Part shown: positions 12,001 through 19,852 of the stretch, one piece after another | Layout of the letters: each line of letters starts with the position of its first letter | Numbering within the stretch: position 1 is the first letter of the stretch | NCBI GenBank assembly: GCA_977862235.1 | Contig: OZ374561.1 | Location: 1,860,001-1,924,000 of the forward strand | Direction: 5' to 3' | From: Dudresnaya verticillata | Taxonomy: Eukaryota | Length of the DNA: 64,000 bases | Notes under the pieces: generated by a model | Databases searched by the model: none | What the model saw: only the letters and a program-made list of their open reading frames with translations | What the model was told of the DNA's origin: nothing | Made by a program: the position numbers and the translations under genes

Positions 12001-12401
12001 CCGAACTTGACTCTAGCGGATTGCTTAATGTCTCGAACAGGAACAAGGGGTCTCTTGGTGGTCAGGCACCCAAGCAAGCGCTCTAAAGCACTGCAGGCAG
12101 TTTCAAGCTCTTGTGGACTGGATGGTAACGCATCGGCAGCAGCACGTGCCTCTGCAAGCATGAATACAGAGGCAACCTGTGTAAGAGAGCTTCCACTTGA
12201 GCCCGTAATTTCGACAATGGGCTTGCGTTCAGTTGGTTGAGTCTGTATGTACGACGATAAAGTCACGGACGTGCCGTCAGCCAGGAGAAGCCGCAAGGAG
12301 TCGACAGCTGCAGCTGAAAGCAAGCGGCGCACGGCGGGGTGGTCGACATTAGACTTGTCATGATAGTGTACAAGCACACGAACAGCGAAAAGTTGCTCCA
12401 T
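1..12401 (-). CDS. UBR4: Giant E3/E4 ubiquitin ligase BIG/UBR4 (auxin transport protein BIG-like), 3' end truncated by the window edge
   Basis: Manual translation of the minus strand shows three diagnostic domains in one frame. UBR box LCTYTTTGSQFVEQHWYFCYSCGLAGSEGVCSVCARICHKGCELAYSKFSRFFCDCGAG at ~8219-8043. ZZ finger WAYRCDSCGEVCDQEWWHCNDCEDFDLCTSC at ~4667-4575. Cys-rich LQCPRCSRAVTDRHGICRNCHENAYQCRQCRNINYENLDGFLCNECGYCKHG at ~2195-2040. It is absent from the ORF track, consistent with no in-frame stop before position 1. The ATG at 12401 (MEQLFAVR) is the likely start but is not proven. Confidence 0.93.
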   Translation of the reverse strand, partial: MEQLFAVRVLVHYHDKSNVDHPAVRRLLSAAAVDSLRLLLADGTSVTLSSYIQTQPTERKPIVEITGSSGSSLTQVASVFMLAEARAAADALPSSPQELETACSALERLLGCLTTKRPLVPVRDIKQSARVKFGTAARRRAALRLSQSGADPRQEVSILKAVNAILRLCDVATHCMAVVSRQSVASKQSCETAVALSTRLLTLAASLYDVQQADVNTTPALSFFSSNSLRTALVAGAMHLGAIAIEHLEIEPMTWIHVANRIVMSSSTSIVPRTSVLSALFGGMIKASKRYESSERDSKAAEGAVCLLSTLHVVLEADSVRDTQPVQLAGRGSGVHAVHTVPNVPPTITLGTGAISQAARSFLGERVVAAEEDGDEGRIAARTVYQACEEYAERTGESDGMMGLLSRLFASAGRQCRLESADDSVVSISESALTCQPDESDASSDGPHARPESPPFTLDVFDQRSRDGFGMGATIGSCSEAGVENPERTDLHREVGALALDTLAHWISRAPSFPRYANLRKCAFTANICKSASFFSFTNSPASYDLRSAMTDFGSLLGPIVLQEIDESSEGRDEGWKTLVSSLVGICSRMNPILSSILRSTKDSIVVSALLQAFVQTTSDPEALVDLNVEVTSSLPAESLLLLLMSLISDANSIDVVEILSRVVLEYREEQAKELSLLHRASILILLSFAIRVTLGVSKDSDAARVAVFSLYNRDAEGISDPALPSSFPEVETLKLTESTTKCSPFMLGRLVSAVSAISQAIDVFCFQPNVPSCEDVAKFASDPPSKQNAIRGSASHCYRDEKQRYHLYWSCLMLHECLCLVESLSRFKFDGFAASTQAARDPAKSSPFVCMQAMESEDLNSRVMAVIGKRKRASLTVLYMSDCMAMVHPQRQRWVDHKRAFSGNDLQRLFTAIVQNTIEVASDLVFEDVAGNFRGFFKSFTAGTDISTSYRASTCAERPPVGAEISKRGACFACLQLAMTYMRAIGSGQVPNLLASVLSSATQVLSCLTHEQLDNSKTLILEVATIYLFLPESFGSLAAAVSEFLKRFLELLFQPGEDAVSLEEIVVFVARVTGFSKVLQLGSSVTGMHLLCRLTHDMAKAQQEDMTAVRVSLLSEETPNKFGKDLSLWLNSSLPRASFSDVLTILLVPQDDSAVAVSAHAQSVSLLTDACEISPLWTDAILQGWIGCEGFDHLTVRMVRRSVMQSATMNESVVALFERVVGESENDLAPRAIREAFEAACHVFGEEADVSIEGRVRLLNFAVRLSVLYGRSSRKSPLPFSPPLLEPVLFNRVVESLERMTKILQGRNPDFSLRQIVLLLCGLLDCYLAGILGDRTPIFSGGVGRVGNREGGDSSGVLQSDEKAETVAEGRGETVSESDTQESGRSEEAPKSSLCTYTTTGSQFVEQHWYFCYSCGLAGSEGVCSVCARICHKGCELAYSKFSRFFCDCGAGSDPYQENTSNQMSASEDGDGGNGVSHDSHSQAQSSIQTRKRKTCRCLKSPHRKERVSKSQGIDQTVAGKPSSSDDLLSATNLRELLVTELKAIIEPPSEEEGRKVCVRQVFENTVRSGEAIKSLVQSALYLVRALDGAQKSNRLVRRLPSSEALPTQLEAIRTDPNFVQTSHTVRLAQWTRMLKAGSVDTSGISPVEKSLSSHKSPISYSSVGNMLAVGHRAGYIEFIDGSEIAICGVGTVDKNAVSDYPRATVPFDVVGVQFHHENANLLLVSGTEKLTILCRTQENGSYRWKQYNIELGLSEFDGFEGHNVLAEAKWIEGGPALVLVTTPKFVKLFDASKDTFCPRFYSTVPSKPPGSVSRDNSTSTLRSERAKKTTIQGATAAPILLDGSGTLATLILLVSSEQDLFVSVSREQGEEAPQFTFLFDVRQDPQSESKNIAVTGMCYHPADSLVAVSFEDGALLCASVSIHGVGKDVAATVLWAHLFREAVSVGAGMALLPVPGKEASFMFGRRGETLKAAGVLKITANRTARVHYFSGSPSASVLGLTTYAASPSIGNPACDGGFLILDDGSLHRADWIDEQARAQTTEESVLAGIVERQRLRSVKASNLNSDPHLGYNAVPASVGFFEKCRLVADQISIERLGEEDSSESSLDRMTVTLAGGGGDCVVSLKENEPFKFIASVENRSVVLVGARLKFGGTDRSRNRVPSEVKVFGRVVKWQPQNGVKRWLDIPFSVPESVESPQRVNIELVPRRKLGESRGGGDGFVAVDALELYAVSNIEFTERKLVFEKDKSKHFERMKARKEAPEHRCSKRYSELLSSVGRTSGNEPIGYKFSQDQAALLTVLQCIHSNNFAMEMGSDVLLLEINNLWSAVFEGSPSRDPAFLRSLLKPCLRLFVNVSESEASMNMPPNETDLPARGVKHCIESLIQGIPTTGILCHLDSIERSLFAVAGMARSLLMSGCSSVQLDPSSWIKSYQECMPKSTTISVLLRSHVGLGTVGRALYKSSHGATINVVDIVMAQNVHHAMEGPGRAFNLEPPTVRVLVQMVSSIDQKLRLFVSQRLIDLFDSPESAAQLIGSPFETLLATALAKRFDGAEAISAPPAEVPTGSPQVLQDSESTQRWAYRCDSCGEVCDQEWWHCNDCEDFDLCTSCLRRPVQSFEGSHNENHLLLRGSAVDDSPEPDMAEETETEVSRMLLVVQEALRPFIDEYLKDLFRESDCRSSWRFVEGAEVIAQLVGHKCPRHLRLPRLKALFSSSFTAVLTQASVQLGNDLANATADYPRSQGLPHNSDGLYLMLRILQHAKGSVAPVFLHENGIPAVLFGLLKNMHRRLQLMFRALSSGQAFRRSQPSGNGFMSWSAWNHVIPGFSYDVLPHRTKCIRSEGQNGRLCHLSDELGVGDSLLLNLLIATLDILEYAFRAASSAAITVQMQALSRSVLCDVINFCEAGSSYIHDKSLLKEAAAAATRVVSALEFDDRNTLNNILDKYKYEEESARLKHALSDNIGGGNVIVEYDTTIEVASIVGNLHKAAERHPTTWRSFVMDHEELLLQLLLVAEHFEGQVQINSLQLLASGLAVSADIASRIIRGHAMVDMNEIGSLQLQGAAEVQGRRKDVSRREKFKGPASVTELIQSGQKSPQVPLSIFEAQGFNILHVLVHQVMLKSQSKAARNAASQLLILGIARAAGLADNEAFVIAIQSALLKGVELMPYAGDLADGLMSCLRFFIRCCQGDLFGLQSESLLTRLTIAISTLLNNRCTQLISHPNARLYGRLSTVLEMNGYYLESDPCMSCSAAICESSESKDCRLDTIRAETKYTDNSIMHRLISVHEVSSISVKIIDPRRSRRAKTIAVYYSSRSVSDAAELKGSNHPWRSLRALELGPTSSESSVDLIVPVAAANVKFQFVDFYNSTDVVTLSKEGRAVETAGADGMSIGGRRSTGSSGPHENLQCPRCSRAVTDRHGICRNCHENAYQCRQCRNINYENLDGFLCNECGYCKHGRFEFSVMSRPTFVAERITNEDDRKRASRTIEKETSNVHRCMDQLTRMRSSIIRSLNSGIPTEETKERGRILGNARIGLADLLDSVAPRTDIAVLEALLEGQTSHEIEEAANSTQGGISITEEVIAESSGSADPSERGQNNPTTSSVASPLNRGAQSRISQAENGIVSKTAVSLSATYSKDCRSIYTTMSRGIRVLTLTRAELVRYANAVGGSRLQYANDIAVETSTQELNNESPALQAEANPYSSGLTTSCCYGCTQSFISKCVRLVQTIVSRDSAAASSLHTSDLARTMMLVCSLCEKSDVRGNIRDLISHLVNDNLHATQLVCKELARKIEFCIESFETIDAHSVARFEMAILETTATIDDNCWEERLRLVIRLLFKSSSRALTCSSVAESVILPCLRVALRLMRAESELTVLENSSGIEGYESATDITSHEAQPLQASENSETENDEIDHSVQATLSHSVRDTEGPIGDSADAMADRIARAEAADDPMTLLLAHSVFNGTNLGTSVDAPSSVGSREPTRPEERRQMTSRGGSDFMSGSRAPSSIGTAFDGHISDEEGHAHAQRQDADIDIRIVSNMLESDHDSKLLSADVGQWLEGRFDQSVWIAEMKERSVKCARKQVASSSAEASNCPSYLKILFSAWKQLVLEEKTQSNAELLNDDETGSQNMKRLSIEKDNW

Positions 12402-12797
12402 GTGAGAGAAGATTAGTGAACGGGATTCAATATGCAAGTCGGTAAGGTGTGGAAGTGTAGAAGGAACTCGCTTAGCATCAGAGAGATGACAAAATGCGAT
12501 CTAGTAGCAGTACGAGATTTCAAGGCCGCGGGGGTATGCACCGGTTTCCAAACACTTGCCTCCAACTTGCCAGTCTCGTTCCAGAGAAAGCTTTCCAGGG
12601 CAACCAGGTTGAACCCAGTCCAGCGAAACCAGCAAGAATGCTCCGGGTGGCGTTTTCAGTCGTTAGGGGGGGGCAGGGGGGCAAGTGACGGTGCCCTGGC
12701 CCGCAGCAAAAACCAAATTTTTCGACACTTTTCAGGCCTTTTCATATCATACTCTTCGCCCAACCATTTCAGTTTCATGCCACTACACGATATTATT

Positions 12798-12807
12798 ATT
12801 GGCCAAT
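12798..12807. promoter_or_regulatory. Back-to-back inverted CCAAT boxes (ATTGGCCAAT) in the divergent BIG/GGACT intergenic region
   Basis: A perfect 10-bp palindrome almost exactly midway between the two divergent ATGs (12401 and 13188). Function is inferred. Confidence 0.35.
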
Positions 12808-13187
12808 CTGCCTTAACCAGAGCTGCGCCTTGTCTGCAGAACCAGCCAACCACCTTCTCTGATATCTCTCCGCTGAATGATAAGTGCACCCACATTGCAG
12901 CCCGTCCAGCCCTGGAAGAAAGCAAGGTCCGGAGTGATGAAGGCACCTTTTTCGATGCTAATTATCATGCTCCCGCTCCCCTGGCACCGACAACTACGCC
13001 CCCGAGAGTGAGGTTCCGGAGCGAATTCATTCCATCTACCGTAAGCTACATACTTGTAGGGCCATCTGCTTATCTCTGATTTTGTGGCGCGCTTCCCAGC
13101 AAAGGCTTGATCCCGTTGCGAAACTCTCTGCTACGGGTTGACTCGCGTTTTTTCTTAGTACACCAGATATCAGACCTGCAAGCAACA

Positions 13188-13718
13188 ATGAGGGATGCAA
13201 AATCGAACCGCATGATAGTGTTTGCATACGGCACCCTGAAACACGGGTTTCCGAACTGGGGTGTCATGCCATCGCAAGCAATCTACCTTGGAGCTGCCAG
13301 AAGTGCTGTACCATACCCGATGGTGGTTGACACAGAGATGTGGATCCCATATATGCTCATGCTTCCAAGACATCCGCAAGCAAAGGTTGTATTTGGGGAA
13401 CTTTACTCCGTCACTGCAGAGGAGGCTGATTTTTTGGACCGATTTGAGGGTGTGCCGTCAGGATTTTATGTTAGAGAGAAGTTCGATGTAATCGGTCTGA
13501 AAGAATCATGCGATCGGGAAAGTCTCCCTAATCCACTAACGGGACAGAAGATTACGGGTGGTACCGTTCTAACTGTCGAAGCCTATTTTCGTGGCAACGG
13601 GGGACCAGAGTGGTCACGGAAATGGCCAGTGGAACGATTGCAATCGTTGCCAATGCTTGGCTCATATGATCTTGAGCACGCGTCGAACTACGTTCCACAA
13701 GAGAACAGAAATACGTAA
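13188..13718 (+). CDS. Gamma-glutamylcyclotransferase / AIG2-like (GGACT family)
   Basis: VFAYGTLKHGFPN motif, V.GELY.V and LDRFEG...YVR. The first ATG is at 13188. A probable 5' UTR intron runs GTAAGC(13041)..TTCTTAG(13158). Confidence 0.88.
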   Translation: MRDAKSNRMIVFAYGTLKHGFPNWGVMPSQAIYLGAARSAVPYPMVVDTEMWIPYMLMLPRHPQAKVVFGELYSVTAEEADFLDRFEGVPSGFYVREKFDVIGLKESCDRESLPNPLTGQKITGGTVLTVEAYFRGNGGPEWSRKWPVERLQSLPMLGSYDLEHASNYVPQENRNT

Positions 13719-14719
13719 TCTCCAATTCAAGGCAAGAAAAAGAGCCTTTTCTTTCACACTGTCCACACCGATTTCCGTCTCCTAACACAACTGTTCTCCC
13801 CGAGCTTAGCTTTCTTTTCTTACCCCTTGGCCTTGACACCCTGGGTGCCTAGTGGCGCAACCCAGTCCATTCATGGCATCGCTCAGCGAATCGCGAATGG
13901 TCGCTCTGCCACCTCGGCCTTATCATATCCATCTCTAACAACGCCTTCGCTATGCGATCTGGCCCAATACTGCCCAAGCCATCATGTTCAGCACGCAGTC
14001 AAGCGCCGCCGGGCTGCGTCTTTTCCAGAAACAACTGAGCCGCGTCTCGCATGTAAAGGCACCCCGTGCTGGCGCCCGGCGGAGAGAAATTAGAGAGAAA
14101 TTGATCCGGCCTCCAGTATTTCCACGTTTGGAGAGATTCCGACTCTCAACCTTGCTGGTGAGAAGAGAGAAGCCATTCCTCAGCGCCCAATAGTAGTGCA
14201 GTACTTGTACTGCAGTCAACTGTTCACTGCAGTAGCTCTTGGAGGAACTTCGTTCTCGGATTGGTTCTCGTCTCTACTAACCATCAGATCTTTTGCATTC
14301 GAGTTAGTGTAATTCAGATACTATTTGGCCCTACTATTTGGCCCTCATTGGCCAAAAATATTATTTCAGGAATAAATCGAAGACTCCATTGGTTTTTCAA
14401 CACCGCTCAGTTTGCATACCCACCCAGGTTCATACAGTACGTAACACTAAAAAGAGCTGCGTTATGTGACACGTTACTCCCGATCTTTGCTCACTCCTCA
14501 CTGCCCTGGGAGTAAGAAGAAACAGACAAACATTGCGGCTTTTTGGTCCGCAGCAATGGCGATATGGAATCCCAGAACTGGCCACAGCCTGTATGCGTCC
14601 TAATTGAACCTTCATCATCCCACCACAGCATCGCGCATTCTCCGTCGTGAAGCTTTGGCGGGTTCAACCGTTCCGGAACATGATAAGAATCTCCACGGGC
14701 ATAGTTTAGTTCCAGGAAA

Positions 14720-16075
14720 ATGGGCTCCGGTGGGGCAGAATCGCTCTGCTTTCATGAGCTCAAGGAAAAATTGGAGTCGCGGACCGCAGCCGTAGCTGTA
14801 GTTGGACTCGGTTATGTCGGCCTCCCGCTGGTAAGTACTCTACACTCTGCTGGTTTCCCTCTTGTAGGTTTCGACATTGACGAGAGCAAGATCCAGATGC
14901 TTCTCGCTGGTACCAGTTACATCCGGCATATCAATTCTGCAGTTGTCAAGAATTTAGCTGAATCTGGCTCGTTTACGCCCACCAGCGAGATCAGTGCTCT
15001 GAAAGATTGCGATGTCTTCGTCTTGTGTCTCCCGACCCCAGTAGGTAGCCACAACGAACCTGACATGTCCTATGTGCTGAACACAACGCGACGGTTGTCG
15101 TCGGTAATGAAGCAAGGAGCACTGGTTGTTCTGGAATCCACTACATACCCAGGAGCAACGGACACAGACATGGCCAACATTTTGGGCGAATCGGATCGCA
15201 AACTCGGTAAAGATTTCTTCTTGGCATACTCACCTGAGAGAGAAGATCCTGGCAACGAAATATATGCAACGCACAACATTCCAAAACTTGTCGGTGGTGT
15301 TGATGACCTTTCCGGAACTCTTGTAGAGTTACTCTACAGGCATGGCGGCTTCGAGCACACAGTTCGCGTATCCTCCTCGCGCGTTGCAGAGTGCTCTAAG
15401 CTGCTGGAAAACACATACCGAGCGGTGAACATCGCTCTTGTGAATGAATTGAAGCAGGTGTTCGAGAGCATGGACGTCAATATATGGGAGGTCATTGACG
15501 CTGCTGCAACAAAACCGTTTGGATTTCAGCGCTTTGACCCTGGTCCTGGCATAGGAGGCCACTGTATCCCGGTAGACCCGTTCTACTTGACATGGAAGGG
15601 TAAGGAAACGGGCACTTCCTGTGGATTCATAGAGTTGGCGGCTCTGGTCAATGCAAAGATGCCCATGGTTGTTGTCGAAAAGACGAAGGATGCTCTAAAC
15701 GAGGAATGCAAAAGTGTTAAGGGCAGTCGGATCATGCTTTTGGGAATTGCATACAAACCCAATGTGGATGATATGCGAGAGGCACCCTCTTTGGAGATAT
15801 GGGAGAAGCTTTTGGACCTTGGAGCCATAGTACAGTTCTGTGACCCGTTCGTAGGTGTTGTGTGTCACACTCGCAAGCACCCACGTCTTTCGCAACAGAA
15901 AAGTGTCGAAGTTGCAGAACATTGGTTTGTGGAGGAGACTCTTGACGCTGTCATTGTCATTACAAACCACAGCACGTTCGGAGGTTTCGACTTCCTCAAA
16001 GGATTCAAGGGACCTGTCATCGACACGCGCAATTGCGTTCGGAAAGACCTTGGACTGAACATTGTTCGCGCATGA
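14720..16075 (+). CDS. UDP-N-acetyl-D-glucosamine/mannosamine 6-dehydrogenase, bacterial WbpA/TviB/WecC type
   Basis: Rossmann VVGLGYVGLPL, LCLPTP, LESTTYPG, YSPEREDPGN, KLLENTYRAVNIALVNE, catalytic GPGIGGHCIPVDP and LGIAYKPNVDDMREAP. Intronless. Confidence 0.92.
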   Translation: MGSGGAESLCFHELKEKLESRTAAVAVVGLGYVGLPLVSTLHSAGFPLVGFDIDESKIQMLLAGTSYIRHINSAVVKNLAESGSFTPTSEISALKDCDVFVLCLPTPVGSHNEPDMSYVLNTTRRLSSVMKQGALVVLESTTYPGATDTDMANILGESDRKLGKDFFLAYSPEREDPGNEIYATHNIPKLVGGVDDLSGTLVELLYRHGGFEHTVRVSSSRVAECSKLLENTYRAVNIALVNELKQVFESMDVNIWEVIDAAATKPFGFQRFDPGPGIGGHCIPVDPFYLTWKGKETGTSCGFIELAALVNAKMPMVVVEKTKDALNEECKSVKGSRIMLLGIAYKPNVDDMREAPSLEIWEKLLDLGAIVQFCDPFVGVVCHTRKHPRLSQQKSVEVAEHWFVEETLDAVIVITNHSTFGGFDFLKGFKGPVIDTRNCVRKDLGLNIVRA

Positions 16076-17486
16076 AGGTCATGTCCGAAGTGAAGGAAAG
16101 CAGTTGTGTCCTGATTTTGGAACAAACTTGGAACTCTACAGACGTTGGAACCTCTTCAAGTCCAGTGCAAGTTGGCAGCATAATTACATGTCTACAAAAC
16201 ATCCTGGATGGGAATAGGCCACACGATATGCCATGAAGAAGACTTAACGTGGCACCGAAGTGAGAGCATTGCCCCGCGCCGGCTCAATGTGGAGATGATG
16301 CGAAACTATGTACATCGTCTCGCACCCCTTGTGAGCACTGGTAAAAGCTGTGCGAAACTCGGAACATACTGCAGGCATGCAGCTCGTGTGGATGTGACTA
16401 TGCTTCACAGCGAGCCTCTATCCACCTGAGAAAACATGCCATGAAGAAGCGCTTCGCCCGCGTCCCCAAACCACTTCGCACTGGCCCTGTCGCTGGTTTT
16501 CGTTACCCGTGGTTATGTCAGTCTCGGCGTTTGGAGCACAGATTCGCGCAGCTAGACGCGAACCAGAAACTCCTGTATAGCAGCGCACGGTTCTGACTAG
16601 CAGTGCTTAATACATGCCGCCCATGAAATCCTAACCATGGCAGTAGGTTACAATGTTGCGCAGAACCCGATTGACACAGACAAACACAACATTCCCTTTC
16701 AGAAATGAAACGTGGTGTAGGGTGCACCCCGGCACGTACAGTACTTTGCAAAGTAGCACAGTATCTGCCCCATCTACTGTACATATCGTAGTCCTCTTCA
16801 CACCCGAATGTTCTCGGCGATAGCTTCCCGCAGGAGATGCAATTGATGGCGTTTCGAAAGGCGGCGTCGCTCCCCAGAAGATTCCGTCCCGCCGCCGGCA
16901 CCATGCCAACCACCAATTTCAATCGAAAAAGATGTTGCGCTGCCGACAACCGCAGATTTCCAGACCCGCTGCCAAGATCGCCAAGGCCACCTCCAAGATT
17001 GGGCTTTCTCCACACCATCAAATAAGAGCACGCGAAATCGCCAATTCGCATTCTACGGTACCACCTCTTGTCCTTCTATTTCGCCCAACTGCACGAGAGG
17101 CTCTCTTCGGTCCCGAAGCTTTACCCACATTTTGCTCAATAGCTACAGCACAGCTGCAGTGGAGTCTGGATTGTCGGGTCAAAGAGGCAGCTTGGCCAGA
17201 AATATCCCGGTTGCTACCAGCTCTCTTCCCCTAGGTGAACGCGCTGCGATCGTTTCAAGCTGCCTGTGTCCAAAGGTAACAGCCCCATTGCGTTGCGGAA
17301 GAAGACGTCACTGAGACTTCTGCTTGGACTTGGGCTAGGTACGCTGTCGTCAAGCATTCTTCTTGGAGCCACTGCTGGGGTTCTTGGTGGCCACGGTCTT
17401 GGAAGACTAAAGCGCGCTGCAGAACAATCTGCCCTAATCTCCGATGCCGCCAAACATTTCATAGCGCGGACACTGCAGTACTTCCT

Positions 17487-18821
17487 ATGTTCGTCCAAGC
17501 ATTCAACACACCATTCTTGCCTGCGCATCCTCATGTTGCAGGTCTTAGCTACTCCTGCTTTGCTGCCAAGCATTGCTTTGGATGCCGGGCATCGTGCAAA
17601 CTCAGTCCTGGAACCTCGCCGGCCAAGAAACCACGACAGTTACCACTTCTTGCCGCCGGGTTGTCAGCCATTTCTCTTTTGTTTGCCAATGAACGCGCAT
17701 TAGCTAACGAACGCCCGACCGTCCTCCCAACTCAGGTTGCTTATGCTACTGAGTTGGGCAGGAGACTGGATTCGTCATTTCGGTCTGCCGTCGTGGTGAA
17801 GCCGCGCTCTCACCCTCGCGAGTCCGAAGGGTCTCCGTTCCATGTCCGTCCAAGGCAGGATCCTTCAGTTCTTCCTTCTGTTGGGACGCTACTGCAAGTG
17901 GAACCACAGTCGTTTGATGAATCTCTCCGGACCCCAGTAGCAGATGCTGAAGGCCGCTTCCAACCCAGTCCTCTTCCGCCACGGAGTAGCAGTGCTGCAA
18001 ATTATCCTCCGAAAGTTGGCAGAGCTGGAACTCTTCCAGACTGGGCTGCGGCTGGTGTACACCGCGCTGTGCACGCTCCAGACCGCCTGTTGCGCCTCCG
18101 GCCTCGAGTCCGTCCAGCAACGCTTGGTTTGGTTGGTGTAGGAGCTTTCACATCGGGATCGGTCTTTCTGCGCTCAGTCACAAGGCGGAAAAGCTCTGGA
18201 GGGGACGATGTTAAGCTCTCCACACGGGATATTGTAACATCTGGAGGTGCTGGGCTGAGCTCAGTAGTATGCATGCAGATCCCATTCTGTGTTCCGGACC
18301 GGGAAAAGCTCTTGGAAGGACTAGCGCGTCTCGCAGATACGGCGTGCCTCGTTACACCAGAGGGTATGTCTACCGCGGCGCGCAACGCGGCCACCTTGTT
18401 GCTGGAGGAGAGTAGCTTGTTAGAAGACTCTAGAAAGTTTGCACCGCATATGGACGTTTTCTTGGCGGACTCTATGGCTTCGGCAGAGCGCAGATTCTCA
18501 GCGCATGTGTCTATCGAGGACCACCGGATAGAAAAGATTTGTGGAAGAAATGTTGGATACGATGTCAGCCCAATGGCGAACCTGGGCCAGTACGGAGTAG
18601 TCACGCTCGTCATTGCTACGACAGAGAGCGTCGACCTGGGTTGCTACGATGACGGCACAACTGTGATCCAGCGGCTGAGGGACGCACTTAACGCAGTCTG
18701 TAGACTCAACAGTGGAGATGTTGCGGGAATGGAACTCAGATGGGTACCTGAAACTTCGCAGTCGCGATCTCTGACGCGTGCGCAAGTTGCCGATGCCTTC
18801 CCTTCATTACGTGTAGTCTAG
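17487..18821 (+). CDS. DUF1517 / FLAP1-like plastid membrane protein (divergent)
   Basis: Transit-peptide-like N-terminus with an AxA site (ALA-NE) and one TM (LGLVGVGAFTSGSVFL). The C-terminal DUF1517-like pattern is LADTA..TPEG, AERRF...SIE, YGVVTLVIA, LRDAL, ELRWVPE and FPSLRVV. Confidence 0.7.
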   Translation: MFVQAFNTPFLPAHPHVAGLSYSCFAAKHCFGCRASCKLSPGTSPAKKPRQLPLLAAGLSAISLLFANERALANERPTVLPTQVAYATELGRRLDSSFRSAVVVKPRSHPRESEGSPFHVRPRQDPSVLPSVGTLLQVEPQSFDESLRTPVADAEGRFQPSPLPPRSSSAANYPPKVGRAGTLPDWAAAGVHRAVHAPDRLLRLRPRVRPATLGLVGVGAFTSGSVFLRSVTRRKSSGGDDVKLSTRDIVTSGGAGLSSVVCMQIPFCVPDREKLLEGLARLADTACLVTPEGMSTAARNAATLLLEESSLLEDSRKFAPHMDVFLADSMASAERRFSAHVSIEDHRIEKICGRNVGYDVSPMANLGQYGVVTLVIATTESVDLGCYDDGTTVIQRLRDALNAVCRLNSGDVAGMELRWVPETSQSRSLTRAQVADAFPSLRVV

Positions 18822-19033
18822 AAAGCAAGTGATCGCTATTGGGAACGTACAATACACGATGTAAAGCAAGCAAAACTGGAGGGTGGGTACGGCGTGTTTA
18901 CTCCACTGCACGCATGATAGGATCCCGGCCATTACGCATCAACCCACCAATCCAAGCGATTGAAGTATTCGTGGGGAGGCCCTATCTGTTGATCGAGCAT
19001 TCTGTCACCGCAACCACAAGCCACACAAGCTGC

Positions 19034-19373
19034 TTACTCCGGTCCCGGAAAGCGACCCTCCTCCTTCAAGGTGTCCCACTTCTCAATCTGTTGCAAACGA
19101 TTGGGCATTATCAGATCAGGTTAGTAACACCCCATCGACGAACGCCATGGCACGGCATTTCGCATGTGAAGAAATTGAAGAACGTACCCACTCAGTCGGA
19201 CAAAGAGACGCATACCAACGCTTGAACTTCTCACACTCCGGATCGTCCTCTCCCTTGGCCTTCGAGCAGGCATGGAACTCGAGGTACCGAGCCCAGCAGT
19301 GCTTTGTCTGGTTCGTGGTTGGAAAGCGCCTATCGCGCGGAGCGGTTCGGACCTCGATGGTGACCTCCGACAT
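19034..19373 (-). CDS. COX6B: Cytochrome c oxidase subunit 6B (2 exons; intron 19088-19187)
   Basis: [22 protein letters not shown]...KG.D..EC..F...Y.SLCP.EW, spliced (GTACGT..CTAAC..CAG) to [17 protein letters not shown]. Confidence 0.95.
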
Positions 19374-19852
19374 GATGTGCTTGGACTCCAGACTGCAGCA
19401 CGGTTAGACAATAGCAGGTACCCTCCCGTCGCTTGTGTTCCAAGAAGATAACCGGAGCGGAAGAGATTGCGGATGTGTGCCGCTCTCTCTTTTTCAATTG
19501 CCCGCAATCCCGAGCCAGAGCGAAGGGGAACCAACCACCAATTCAATTACAGTACTAACACACAGTGACATCCTTGAGAGGCTCCGCGGTATCCTCAGAT
19601 TTGGCATGGACAAAACATATGAAAAACATTTCAGTATACCAATTAACATCTGCCATCTGGCAATTTCCAGAATATTTTCCTCAGAACTTTCAACTCCCAG
19701 GCGTGTTTTTATAAGAAGAATGAGAAGCAAAATATGTGCAAATAAACGCACTTCACGCGAGCGAGTGAGTGTCTTTTTTACCTTCATGGTGGCAAGACCA
19801 AACACGATGCCAACATGCACATCCTCTACTCCCTACCACGTTAGCATTGAAG

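Noticed and set aside
288..12240. Many short plus-strand ORFs over the first 12 kb
   Set aside because: They are antisense shadows of the BIG/UBR4 frame: mostly one phase, Ser-rich and without motifs.
12405..12416. AGAGAAGATTAG resembles the U6 snRNA ACAGAGA region
   Set aside because: Only 12 nt match, the ACAGAGA box is imperfect, and the rest of U6 is absent.
12432..13079. 215-aa plus-strand ORF between BIG and GGACT
   Set aside because: No recognisable motifs. It spans the divergent promoter, and the plausible splice into the GGACT exon is out of frame and hits a stop.
16518..17051. 177-aa minus-strand ORF in an intergenic gap
   Set aside because: No domain or coding-like composition, so it cannot be supported without expression data.
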